This document shows, piece after piece, positions 18,514 to 29,075 of a DNA stretch of 64,000 nucleotides (the first letter of the stretch is position 1; every line of letters starts with the position of its first letter). Location of the stretch: assembly GCA_963794415.1 (NCBI GenBank), contig CAWCDI010000002.1, positions 413,930-477,929 of the forward strand, read 5' to 3'. Under the pieces are notes generated by a model. The model ran no database searches. It saw only the letters and a list, made by a program, of their open reading frames with translations, and was not told the origin of the DNA. The position numbers were made by a program, and so were the translations under genes. Source of the stretch: an uncultured Actinomycetes bacterium. Its GTDB lineage: Bacteria > Actinomycetota > Thermoleophilia > Gaiellales > JAICJC01.

Positions 18514-19985
18514 CTACTGTGCCAGGTTTGGGCCGAGATAGGCTTTGATCACGTCTGCGGCGATGGGCGCTGCGATCTGGCCGCCAAACTCCTGCGTGTG
18601 CTCGATTATCACTGCCACTGCGATCTTGGGCGTCGCTCCCGGGGTGCCCGGCGCGAAGGCGATGAACCAGGAGTCGTAGAGGTTTGAGCCCGGCGGTCCG
18701 ATCTCGGCGGTGCCGGTCTTGCCGGCCACGGGCAGGCCGTCGATCTGGGCCGCCTCGCCCGTGCCCTCGTCGACCACGTCCTGCATCATGCCGGTCATCT
18801 GCGCTGCAGTGTCGTTCGACATCACCTTGGTGATGGCCTGCGGGTGATGTTGGTAGACGGTTGATCCGCCGGGCGTGACTGCCCGGTCCACGAGGCTCGG
18901 CTGCATCAGCTCGCCGCCGTTTGCGATGGTGGCTGCGACCTCTGCCATCTGAAGCGGCGTCGCCAGCAGGCGCTCCTGCCCGATGGATGCGCGCGCGACG
19001 TCGATCGGCGCGGTCTGGGAGAGCAGCTTCGAGCCGTTGTAGAAGCCGGACGGCGCGACCTCGCCGCCGGGAAGGTCGATCGCCGGGGTCTGGAAGAAGC
19101 CGAACTGGCCCATCACGTTTCGCAGCCGCGCTGCGCCCAGCTGCTGGCCGATCTGGGCGAACACCGTGTTCACGGAGTTCGTGAGCGCGGTGGTGAGGTC
19201 GATGTCGCCGAACTGCTCGTTGCCTGCGTTCGCGAGCGGCCGGCCGAACACCATGAGCGGAGATGCGCCGTTGGTGAGCGGCGAGGTGGGCGTGTACTGC
19301 TTGCTCTTGAGCGCCTCCGTGGCGGTGACGGTCTTGAACGTGGAGCCCGGCGGGTAGAGGCCCTGGGTCGCGCGGTTCAGGAGCGGCGCGCCGGAGTGGG
19401 CGCCGATCAGCTTGTCGTAGTTGGCCCCGATCAGGTTGGGGTCGAACGTCGGCGTCGAGGCCATCGCCACCACGCGGCCCGTCTGCGGCTGGATCGCGAC
19501 CACCGCGCCGCGCAGGCTGCCCAGGCCCTGCATCGCCGCCTTCTGCGCCGGCACCGAGAGGCTCGTGGTGAGGTTGTCGCCCGTCACGGTCCGGCCGCGC
19601 AGCGAGTCGCCGAGGTTCGAGAGCTGGGTCGAGAGGTCGGAGTTGGACGATGTCAGGAAGTCGTTGTAGGCAAGCTCGATGCCGCTTCGGCCCTGGCCCG
19701 CGCTGTTATAGCCCACCACCTGTGCGAACAGGCCGCGGAACGGGTAGCGGCGCGTGTAGATCGTCTGCGCGTCGTGCGACGACTTGCGGTTCTTCGCGAG
19801 CACCGTCTTGCCGTTGGCGGCAAAGATCAGCCCGCGCTTGATCTGCAGCTGGCGATACACCAGCCGCGCGTTATCCGACCGGTCGGCCAGCGAGTCGGCC
19901 GCCCAGATCTGCCAGTAGGCGGTGAACGAGATGAGCACCGCAAAGCCGATCGCGCACAGCCGGAAGAGGTTGGTGATCTGATGGT

Positions 19986-19989
<4 letters not shown>
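18514..19989 (-). CDS. pbpA: class B penicillin-binding protein (PbpA-type transpeptidase)
   Basis: SxxK (PGSTFKTV), SxN (TNSVNTVF) and KTG (GKTGTAE). GTGA overlap with the rodA stop. Confidence 0.9.
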
Positions 19990-21289
<1,300 letters not shown>

Positions 21290-21293
<4 letters not shown>

Positions 21294-22432
21294 GGCAGCT
21301 CCAGCGGCTGGATGGCCGCGCGCGCGTCGCTCTGGGACTGCAGCTTGTGGTCGAAGAGCTTTGCCCGCTCGCTCTCGGAGAGCGACCGGTACTGGACGTC
21401 GGAGAGGTAGGTCTCGTGGTAGAGGTGGATGCCGCCGGGGAGCTCCACCGGCACGCCCTGGTAGACCGCGACCTGGCCGCTTCGCTGGTCGGCACCGACG
21501 AAGTGGCTCCAGCGAAGCCCCGCGATCGCGCCCACCACGGCGATGGCGATCACCACGAGCACCGCGATGGTGGTCAGCACGATGCGCAGCGTGTGCCGGG
21601 TGCCGGGCGGCCGGGGCTCGGCCTCGGTGTCGTCGTCGGCGGCGCCGCCGAACCACACCTCGGGCGGCAGCACGTGCTCGCCGGGCGTCTGCTCGTCGTC
21701 CTCGGTGGGGGTCAGGTCGTCGATCCTGAACACGATCACCGTGACGTTGTCCTCGCCGCCTGCGTTCAGCGCCGCGCGCACCAGCTCGCCGGCTGCGGAC
21801 TCTGCCGTGTCGGTATCGGCCAGCAGTCGCTCGATGGTGTGCTCGTCCACCATGGACGTGAGCCCGTCGCTGCAGAGCAGGAAGATGTCGCCCGGCTCGG
21901 ACTCGACGGTGAAGGTGTCCACCAACACGTTGGGCTCGACGCCCAGCACGCGCGTGATCACGCTTCGCTGGGGATGGTGGGCGGCCTCCTCCTCGGTCAG
22001 CTCGCCGGCGCGCACGAGCTCGCCCACCAGCGAGTGGTCGTCGGTGAGACGGCGGAGCTCGCCGTTTCGCAGCAGGTAGGCGCGGCTGTCGCCGACGTGG
22101 CCGAACGCGACCCGGCCGTCCTCGCCCACCAGCGCCGAGACGGCGGTGGTGCCCATGCCGGTGACCTCGCTGTCGTTCCGCGCCCGCTCGATGATGCTGT
22201 CGTTGGCCGCCGTGATGGTGTCGCGCAGGGTGGACTCGCCGCGCGCGGGCACGAGGCGCGCCGCGGCGAACTGCTCGGTGGCAAGGCGCGAGGCGATCTC
22301 GCCGGCCTGCGCGCCGCCCATGCCGTCGGCGATCATGAAGAGCGGCTCGCGGATGAGGTAGGAGTCCTCGTTGATGCGCCGCACGTTGCCGGTCTGCGTC
22401 GCGCCCGCGCGGTCGGAGACGCCGCGCCTCAT
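21290..22432 (-). CDS. pstP: PP2C-family Ser/Thr phosphatase with a C-terminal membrane anchor (PstP-type)
   Basis: RRINEDSY, ADGMGG and LLCSDGL, then a TM segment and an extracellular tail. Confidence 0.92.
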
Positions 22433-22890
22433 GCTGCACGCTCGTAGGTGAACTGCGTCTGGCCGATGGTGATCGTGTCGCCCTCGATGAGCGACTGGGC
22501 GCCGCTCAGGCGCTGGCCGTTCACGAAGGTGCCGTTGGTGGAGTGCAGGTCCTCGATCACGTCGGTGTCGCTTCCGCGCACGAACCGGCAGTGCCGCGCC
22601 GACGCGTAGCCGTCGGCCTCGAGCGTGATGTCCACCGTGCCCTCGCGGCCCACGGTGAGCTCGTGCGAGATGGGGATGCGCGATCCCTCGGGGAGCTCCG
22701 GGCTATGCGTCACGACGAGCCGCGCCACGGGCCGCTCGGGCACCGGCGCAGCAGGCCGCACCGGGGTGAGGATCATGCTCTCCTGTCCCACCTCCATGTC
22801 CCTGGAGGCCACCCGGATCACGCGCCAGATGAACAGGTAGAGCAGCACCACGAACCCGATCTTGAGTGCCAGCAGTAATTGGTCAACCAA
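22429..22890 (-). CDS. fhaB: FHA-domain membrane protein FhaB/FipA-type
   Basis: N-terminal TM helix and a C-terminal FHA domain (TVGREG..., STNGTFVNG). ATGA overlap with pstP. Confidence 0.85.
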   Translation of the reverse strand: MVDQLLLALKIGFVVLLYLFIWRVIRVASRDMEVGQESMILTPVRPAAPVPERPVARLVVTHSPELPEGSRIPISHELTVGREGTVDITLEADGYASARHCRFVRGSDTDVIEDLHSTNGTFVNGQRLSGAQSLIEGDTITIGQTQFTYERAA

Positions 22891-23731
22891 GGCGGCGCTC
22901 GAACGTGAGCTTGGTCTGGCCCACGCCGATCACGTCCCCATGCATCAGCGCAGTCTCGTTGACGGTGATGCCATTGACCTCTGTGCCGTTGGTGGAGCCC
23001 AGGTCGACCAGCGAGTAGCCCTCGCCGATGTGCCGGATCTCCGCGTGCGTGCGCGACGCGTTGGGATCGGCCAGCACGATGGTGCAGCTGGACGAGCGGC
23101 CGATGGTGGACACGGGCCGCGAGAGGTCGAGCGTCTGGCCGGCCCAGGTGATGGTGGCGATGTCGGGCTCGGGCTCCGGGTCGGGCTCGGGGGCGGGCGG
23201 AGCGGGCACGGGGGCATACACCATGGTCTCGCTGCCCGCGGGCGGCGCGGGCACCGGCGGGAGCGGCGGCACGACGGGAACGGGCACCGGCTCGTCGGGG
23301 ATGGGCACCGGCGGCGCGGCCGAGACCATGTCGGCGCTGGGCGTGACCACCGGGATGTCGTTGCCGTCCACGCTATCCACCGAGATGCCGAAGAGGCCCA
23401 CGCTCAGCTCGGGCTCGGTCTCGAGCACCACGTGCGGGCGCGTCGCAAGGCTGTAGCCCTCGCGCCGCGCGTGCTCGGCGAGGTACTCCTCGAGCTCGTT
23501 GGTCATCTGCGTCTCGTAGGCCGCGAACTGCTCGCGGTCCTCGGGGTTCAGGTGCACCGTGTAGGCGTTGGGCACGTAGACGCGGTGGATCGAGATGGTG
23601 CGGTGGTCGTCCATCTCCTTGGCCAGCTTGCGCGCCAATTCGACAGGCTGCACCCCCGAGCGGAGCGTGCGGCCAAACGCCCCCTCGACCAGGTCACCGA
23701 TCTTGCGTTCGATGTTGCGAAGAACACTCAT
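22883..23731 (-). CDS. fhaA: FHA-domain protein FhaA-type (DUF3662-like N-terminus plus FHA)
   Basis: MSVLRNIERKIGDLVEGAF N-terminal domain, a Pro-rich linker and a C-terminal FHA domain (IGRSSSC, STNGTEVNG). Confidence 0.88.
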   Translation of the reverse strand: MSVLRNIERKIGDLVEGAFGRTLRSGVQPVELARKLAKEMDDHRTISIHRVYVPNAYTVHLNPEDREQFAAYETQMTNELEEYLAEHARREGYSLATRPHVVLETEPELSVGLFGISVDSVDGNDIPVVTPSADMVSAAPPVPIPDEPVPVPVVPPLPPVPAPPAGSETMVYAPVPAPPAPEPDPEPEPDIATITWAGQTLDLSRPVSTIGRSSSCTIVLADPNASRTHAEIRHIGEGYSLVDLGSTNGTEVNGITVNETALMHGDVIGVGQTKLTFERRLG

Positions 23732-23775
23732 GCTTTGAGAAGGGGTGGGGGCACTGGCACCTGAATGCTTAGGGC

Positions 23776-25419
23776 TCACCTACCGAAGCTGAACCGAGGG
23801 TGCACCAGCGCCCAGGCGGCCGGGATTATAGCCGCCACCAGCGCAACCAAGGCCGCTCGGGGCCACAGCTGCCCGGCCGAGCCCTGCACGATGGGGACGG
23901 CGAGCATGGCGAGCCCGTAGCCCAGCGCCCAGGCGGTGACGGCGAGGCCGCGGCGCCCGGACGGGTGGTTCCACGCCTGCGGCAGGATCGTTGCGAAGAC
24001 GACCATGGCGACGGCGACGCCCAGCGCCTGCGGAGCGCGTGCGAGCACCTCGAGGTAGACGAAGGGGTTGTTCGAGCCGGCCACGCCCGCCGTGGCGGAC
24101 TCCGGGACGAGGTTTCCGGTTGCGAGGACGATGACTGCGCCGATCGAGGCCTCGCAGATGCGCCGTGTGCGGGTGGGCGCCGTGCCGGCCACCAGCGCGT
24201 AGGCCGGGCCGAGCCCGATCAGGGCCAGCGGCCATGCCACGAGCGGCAGCAGCGGCCGGTTTCGGCCCCAGTCGCGCGAGAGGTGGATCCAGGTTGCCGA
24301 GAGGCCGATCCAGAGGAGCCCGGCAGCCTCGGCGAGGTTCCAGAACGCCGGCACGCAGAGCACCGCGCCCGCGGTGAGCGCGACGCGCGGCCGAAACCAC
24401 GCCACCGCGCCGAGCGCGACGGCCAGCGGCAGCGTCCACGGGGTGGGGTAGAACGGGAAGGCGGTGAGCACGAAGAGCGTCGAGATCGCCGCAAGGCCCG
24501 TGGCGCCTGCGCGCGCGGTGAGCGGGCTCACCAGCGGGACGCGGCGGGGCTCGGGGGTGCTCTCGGGCTCGGCGGCCAGCTGCTCGGCGGGGTCGGGCTC
24601 GGGCGCCAGGCACGACAGCAGGCGGTCGCGCAGCTCGTTGGCCGAAGGCCGCTTGCGCGGGTCGCGGTCGAGCGATCGCGCGAGCACGTCGGAGAGCTCG
24701 CGGGGGATCTCCGGGCGGGTCTCGGAGAGCGGCCGGGCGCCCTCGCGGAGCTTCTCGAGCAGGTCGGGCAGCGTGCGGGCCTTGAACGGGTTTCGCCCCG
24801 AGAGGAAGGAGTAGAGGGTGAGCCCTGCGGCCCACACGTCGGTGGCGCCCGACGCGCGCTCGCCGGCGGCCTGCTCGGGCGCCATGTAGGAGAGCGTGCC
24901 CATCAGGCGGTCCTCGAACGTGGTCTCGAGCGCGTCCTCGTCGCGGGCGATGCCGAAGTCGGTGAGGCACACCTCGCCGGTTGTCGAGACCAGGATGTTG
25001 GCGGGCTTCACATCGCGGTGGATGACGCCGCGCGAGTGCGCGTGGGCCAGCGCATCGGCCACGGCGGCGATCGCGCGCACGGCCTGCTCGTCGCTCAGGT
25101 CGGTCTTGTCGAACCGCTCGCCCACCACCAGCTCGGAGATGAGGTAGGCGTTGTCGTCGTCGGACTCGACGCCCACCACCGTGTGGATGTTGGGGTGTGC
25201 CAGCTTCGATGCGGTGCGTGCCTCGCGCTCGGCGCGGGCGGCCAGCCCTTCGCTGCGCCGGAAGACCTTGACGGCGACCGATCCGGTGCCGCGCGAGTCG
25301 CGTCCCGAGTAGACAGACCCGAACCCGCCCTTGCCCAGGATCTCCTCGAGCTGGTAGCGACCGGCCACGGTGCGGCCGGACAGATCGGATGTGGGGTCAA
25401 GCTGAGCGGGTTGTGCCAC
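23776..25419 (-). CDS. Ser/Thr protein kinase fused to a polytopic (about 8-helix) C-terminal membrane domain
   Basis: GKGGFGSVY, AVKV, HRDVKPAN, DFG and APEQ, then about 270 aa of repeated hydrophobic helices. GTG 25419 is the first start before the kinase domain; the 907-aa ORF upstream is read-through. Confidence 0.85.
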   Translation of the reverse strand: MAQPAQLDPTSDLSGRTVAGRYQLEEILGKGGFGSVYSGRDSRGTGSVAVKVFRRSEGLAARAEREARTASKLAHPNIHTVVGVESDDDNAYLISELVVGERFDKTDLSDEQAVRAIAAVADALAHAHSRGVIHRDVKPANILVSTTGEVCLTDFGIARDEDALETTFEDRLMGTLSYMAPEQAAGERASGATDVWAAGLTLYSFLSGRNPFKARTLPDLLEKLREGARPLSETRPEIPRELSDVLARSLDRDPRKRPSANELRDRLLSCLAPEPDPAEQLAAEPESTPEPRRVPLVSPLTARAGATGLAAISTLFVLTAFPFYPTPWTLPLAVALGAVAWFRPRVALTAGAVLCVPAFWNLAEAAGLLWIGLSATWIHLSRDWGRNRPLLPLVAWPLALIGLGPAYALVAGTAPTRTRRICEASIGAVIVLATGNLVPESATAGVAGSNNPFVYLEVLARAPQALGVAVAMVVFATILPQAWNHPSGRRGLAVTAWALGYGLAMLAVPIVQGSAGQLWPRAALVALVAAIIPAAWALVHPRFSFGR

Positions 25420-25482
25420 GTGCTTGAGTTTGGCTGGAGGGGCCAAGAGTCCTGCAAATCCCTGTCCGTATGCCGTGGTAGT

Positions 25483-26715
25483 GTGACTTTTGTGCCTCCT
25501 GATGACTTCTTCGACGAGGACTGGGAGGAGCCAAGCAAGCCCCAGGATACGGGCGTCACCCGGCCTTCGGGTGGCTCCACTCCTCGCGACACCGACGCTT
25601 CGAACCCCCCTCCGCGGGCTCCTCGGTCGCGGCCGACGCTGCGCACCTCTGCGCGCGGGGGCAGTGGTGGTGGCGGCGGCGGACCGCGCCGGCCCCGCTC
25701 GACGCAGTCGGTGGAGTACGGGCGGCTGGCGCTGCTCGGCGGCGGCATCCTCGTGGTGGTGCTGCTCGGCTGGCTCCTGGTGAGCTGGCTCACCGGCGGC
25801 GGGGGCGAGTCGGCCCAGCAGAAGTACTTCAACGACCTGCGCCCCATCGTGACCTCGTCCAACCAGACCGGCAAGGACTTCCACTCGCTGATGCTCTCGA
25901 GCGCCATCTCCGAGCAGAAGTTCACCTCGCAGCTCACCACGCTCCAGCAGCAGTCGCAGGCCGCGGTCAACAAGGCGACGTCGCTGAAGCCCCCGAAGGA
26001 GCTCGAGGGCGTGCAGCCGTTCCTGCTGCAGTCGCTCCAGTACCGCGTCAACGGCCTCCGCTGCCTGGCGAACAACGCCGCCGCCGCGTGGAAGGCCAAG
26101 GGCGTGGTGAAGTCCGGCACCGCCATGGCGGCGTGCACGCAGAAGCTTCTGGCCTCCGACGTGATCTACGAGGACTCGTTCTCGGGCGCGTCCACCGCCA
26201 TCCTGCAGGCCGACAAGACGGTGGCCCAGCCGCCTACCTCGCAGTTCCTGGCGCCGAGCGACACCAACCTCGTGCTGCCGTCCGGCTTCGGCGCCGCCAT
26301 CCAGCGCATGTCCAAGCCGCCCACGGGTTTGCACGGCACGGAGGTCGGGAAGATCGTGGCCAAGCCGTCGGGCGTCGTCCTGAAGGGCGCCGGCCCGACC
26401 ACCGTCAAGAACTCGACCGGGCTCTCGTTCCAGGTGACCATCATCAACAAGGGCAACTTCACCGAGGTGCAGATCCCCATCCACTTCAAGATGACCCACC
26501 CCGGCAACAAGCCGCTCGAGCTGAGCAAGACGATCAGCTCGATCGCCGCCGGGGCGAAGGTGAAGGTGTCGTTCGGCCAGATCTTCGACAGCTCCAACGT
26601 GCCGCAGTACGGGTCGCCGTACACGCTCACGATCACCAGCGATAAGGTGCCGGGCGAAGTGAAGCTCGACAACAACACGCGCACGACGAAGGTCACCTTC
26701 ACGGTCGCCGGATGA
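25483..26715 (+). CDS. membrane-anchored hypothetical protein (acidic/Pro-rich cytoplasmic tail, one TM, extracytoplasmic domain with an Ig/CARDB-like C-terminus)
   Basis: The C-terminal about 410 aa of ORF 23800..26715 has normal composition. GTG 25483 starts it, and the TM is LALLGGGILVVVLLGWLLVSWL. The upstream part of the ORF is antisense to the kinase. Confidence 0.6.
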   Translation: MTFVPPDDFFDEDWEEPSKPQDTGVTRPSGGSTPRDTDASNPPPRAPRSRPTLRTSARGGSGGGGGGPRRPRSTQSVEYGRLALLGGGILVVVLLGWLLVSWLTGGGGESAQQKYFNDLRPIVTSSNQTGKDFHSLMLSSAISEQKFTSQLTTLQQQSQAAVNKATSLKPPKELEGVQPFLLQSLQYRVNGLRCLANNAAAAWKAKGVVKSGTAMAACTQKLLASDVIYEDSFSGASTAILQADKTVAQPPTSQFLAPSDTNLVLPSGFGAAIQRMSKPPTGLHGTEVGKIVAKPSGVVLKGAGPTTVKNSTGLSFQVTIINKGNFTEVQIPIHFKMTHPGNKPLELSKTISSIAAGAKVKVSFGQIFDSSNVPQYGSPYTLTITSDKVPGEVKLDNNTRTTKVTFTVAG

Positions 26716-27194
26716 GCCGTACCGACATGGCCTTCTATCTGGCGATCGCCGCTGCGGCGCTCGCAGTGATCCTCGCGATCATGGTGATCTGGCTGCTGGT
26801 CTCGGTGCGCCGGCTGCGGGCGAACCAGCGGCTGGTGGTCAACGGCAACACGCACGACCTGGTGGAGTACGCGGTGGGGCTCCTGGCGCGCGTGGAGGCG
26901 TGCGAGTCGCGCTTCGGCGCCGTCGAGAACGCCACGGGCGCGGCCATCGGCCGCATCGACTCGTGCTTCCAGCGCCGCTCGCTGCTTCGCTACGACGCCC
27001 TGGAGGGCTCGGGCGGCAAGCAGTCGGCCACCATCGCGCTGACCGACGCCGGCGGCTCGGGCCTCGTGCTCTCGGCGATCCAGGGCCGCGACTACGCGCG
27101 CATCTACATCAAGGACGTGCGCGAGGGCGAGAGCGACGTCGAGCTCTCACCGGAGGAGCGCCGCGCCCTCGACGTGGCCGCCGGCGAGCCGTAG
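26712..27194 (+). CDS. DUF4446-like membrane protein
   Basis: N-terminal TM and a conserved-looking core (RYDALEGSGGKQSATIALTD, YARIYIKDV). ATGA overlap with the upstream gene. Confidence 0.7.
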   Translation: MSRTDMAFYLAIAAAALAVILAIMVIWLLVSVRRLRANQRLVVNGNTHDLVEYAVGLLARVEACESRFGAVENATGAAIGRIDSCFQRRSLLRYDALEGSGGKQSATIALTDAGGSGLVLSAIQGRDYARIYIKDVREGESDVELSPEERRALDVAAGEP

Positions 27195-27415
27195 CGGCCT
27201 CAGGTCGGCGTCGAGGTCGCCGGCTTCCATGAGCCCGCGGGGTTGATGCGCGCCGTGGGCGTTGCTTTCAGCTCCTGGGCCCACGGCAGCCAGTAGGCCC
27301 ACAGGTGGGGCTGCTTCGCGGTGGAGTTCGAGTGGCTTGCCAAGGCGATCTGCCGCCCAGTATCGGCACGGCTTCGGACGGCACGGTTCGTGGGCCAGCG
27401 TGTACCGTGGTGGGG

Positions 27416-28036
27416 ATGGCCCGGATCCGCCTCGTCCCGCAGTCCCGCGAGTTCTACGACCTGTTCAACCGCTCGGCGCAGAACCTGGTCACCACGGCCC
27501 GGCTCCTGCTCGAGCTGCTGGAGCACTACCCCGACCGCGCGGGGCTGGTGGACGAGATCAAGGACCGCGAGCACGAGGGCGACCAGGTCACGCACGAGAT
27601 CGTCCAGCTGCTGCACAAGACGTTCGTCACGCCCATCGACCGCGAGGACATCTACGACCTCTGCACGGCGCTCGACGACATCTGCGACTTCATGGACGAG
27701 GTGGCCGACCAGCTCACGCTCTACGGCGTCGAGGAGGTGCCGGCCGAGGCGGTCGATCAGGCCGGCGTGATCCTCCGCGCCGTTGACAAGCTGGCCGACG
27801 CCGTGGAGGGGCTCGACGGGCTGAAGGACGTCGGCGCGCTCCTGGTCGACATCCACTCGCTCGAGGACGAGGCCGACCGGCTGCTGCGAAAGGCCACGGC
27901 CAACCTCTTCTCCAACGGGCTCGATCCGCTGGTGGTGATCCGCTGGAAGGACATCCACCAGGGCCTCGAACAGGCGGTCGATGCCTGTGAGCACGCCGCG
28001 CACGTGCTCGAGAGCGTGTATCTCAAGAACCGATGA
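27416..28036 (+). CDS. DUF47 / PhoU-like putative phosphate-transport regulator
   Basis: FYDLF..., EHEGDQVTHEI, PIDREDIY and LEDEADRL. It sits immediately upstream of and overlaps the PiT gene. Confidence 0.85.
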   Translation: MARIRLVPQSREFYDLFNRSAQNLVTTARLLLELLEHYPDRAGLVDEIKDREHEGDQVTHEIVQLLHKTFVTPIDREDIYDLCTALDDICDFMDEVADQLTLYGVEEVPAEAVDQAGVILRAVDKLADAVEGLDGLKDVGALLVDIHSLEDEADRLLRKATANLFSNGLDPLVVIRWKDIHQGLEQAVDACEHAAHVLESVYLKNR

Positions 28037-29019
28037 ACGACACGCTCCTGGTGATCGTGATCGTGGTCGCGATCGGCTTCGACTTCACCAACGGCTTCCA
28101 TGACACCGCCAACGCCGTGGCCACGAGCGTCTCCACGCGCGCGCTCTCGCCGCGCACCGCGGTGCTCATCGCGGCTGTGATGAACCTCGCGGGCGCCTTT
28201 GCCTGGACGGCGGTGGCAACCACGGTCGGCAGCGGCCTCCTGAACGGCCAGGTGAGCCTGCGGGTGCTCCTCGCAGCGCTTCTGGGAGCGACCCTCTGGA
28301 ACCTCCTCACCTGGCGGATGGGCCTTCCGTCGTCGTCGTCCCACGCCCTGATCGGCGCGCTCATCGGCGCGGCGGTGGCAGGCGGCGGCACCTCGGCCGT
28401 GAAGTGGGGCGGGCTCTGGGACAAGGTGATCATCCCGGCCGTCTCGAGCCCCCTCATCGGGCTCGTGCTGGCCGTGGTGGTGATGGTGGCGATCCTGTCG
28501 GCGTTTCGCAGGCTCCGCCCCGCGCCGCTGAACCGCATCTTCCGCCACTCGCAGATCGTCTCGGGCAGCCTCATGGCGTTTCTCCACGGCACGAACGATG
28601 CCCAGAAGACCATGGGCGTGATCGCCCTGGCGCTCTACTCGACGCACCACATCAGCTCGTTCTACATCCCGTGGTACGTGAAGGTCGGCGCCGGCCTCGC
28701 GCTGGGGATCGGCACCTATGTGGGCGGCTGGCGGATCATGCGCACGATGGGCACGCGCATCACGCGGCTCGAGGCTCCGCAGGGCTTCGCGGCCCAGACC
28801 ACGGCGAGCCTCGTCCTCCTCTTCACCGCCCGAAACGGGTTCCCGATCTCGACCACCCAGGTCATCTCGGGATCCGTGATGGGCGCCGGCGCCACCACCA
28901 AGCTCTCGGCCGTCCGCTGGGGCGTTGCCGCCAACATCGTGGTCGCGTGGGTCGTGACGCTGCCGGTGGCGGCGCTCTTTGCCGCCGGGCTCTACGCGCT
29001 GCTGGCACCGGTGACCTAA
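28033..29019 (+). CDS. inorganic phosphate transporter, PiT (PHO4) family
   Basis: GFHDTANAVATSV and HGTNDAQKTMG signature pair; polytopic. Confidence 0.9.
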   Translation: MNDTLLVIVIVVAIGFDFTNGFHDTANAVATSVSTRALSPRTAVLIAAVMNLAGAFAWTAVATTVGSGLLNGQVSLRVLLAALLGATLWNLLTWRMGLPSSSSHALIGALIGAAVAGGGTSAVKWGGLWDKVIIPAVSSPLIGLVLAVVVMVAILSAFRRLRPAPLNRIFRHSQIVSGSLMAFLHGTNDAQKTMGVIALALYSTHHISSFYIPWYVKVGAGLALGIGTYVGGWRIMRTMGTRITRLEAPQGFAAQTTASLVLLFTARNGFPISTTQVISGSVMGAGATTKLSAVRWGVAANIVVAWVVTLPVAALFAAGLYALLAPVT

Positions 29020-29075
29020 CCGGGCTCCAACCCGGTAGGCCCAGTACCTCGATCCGGGGATGTCGCTCCCGGGGC

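Noticed and set aside
23776-26715. Two ORFs of about 2.7-2.9 kb, fully overlapping on opposite strands (23776..26499 minus, 907 aa; 23800..26715 plus, 971 aa).
   Set aside because: Each is only partly real. The minus ORF is a kinase gene (23776-25419) plus stop-free antisense read-through of the plus-strand gene. The plus ORF is the reverse case. The extra parts are Arg/Gly/Ala/Pro-rich with no motifs, which is the usual stop-codon depletion in antisense frames of GC-rich genes.
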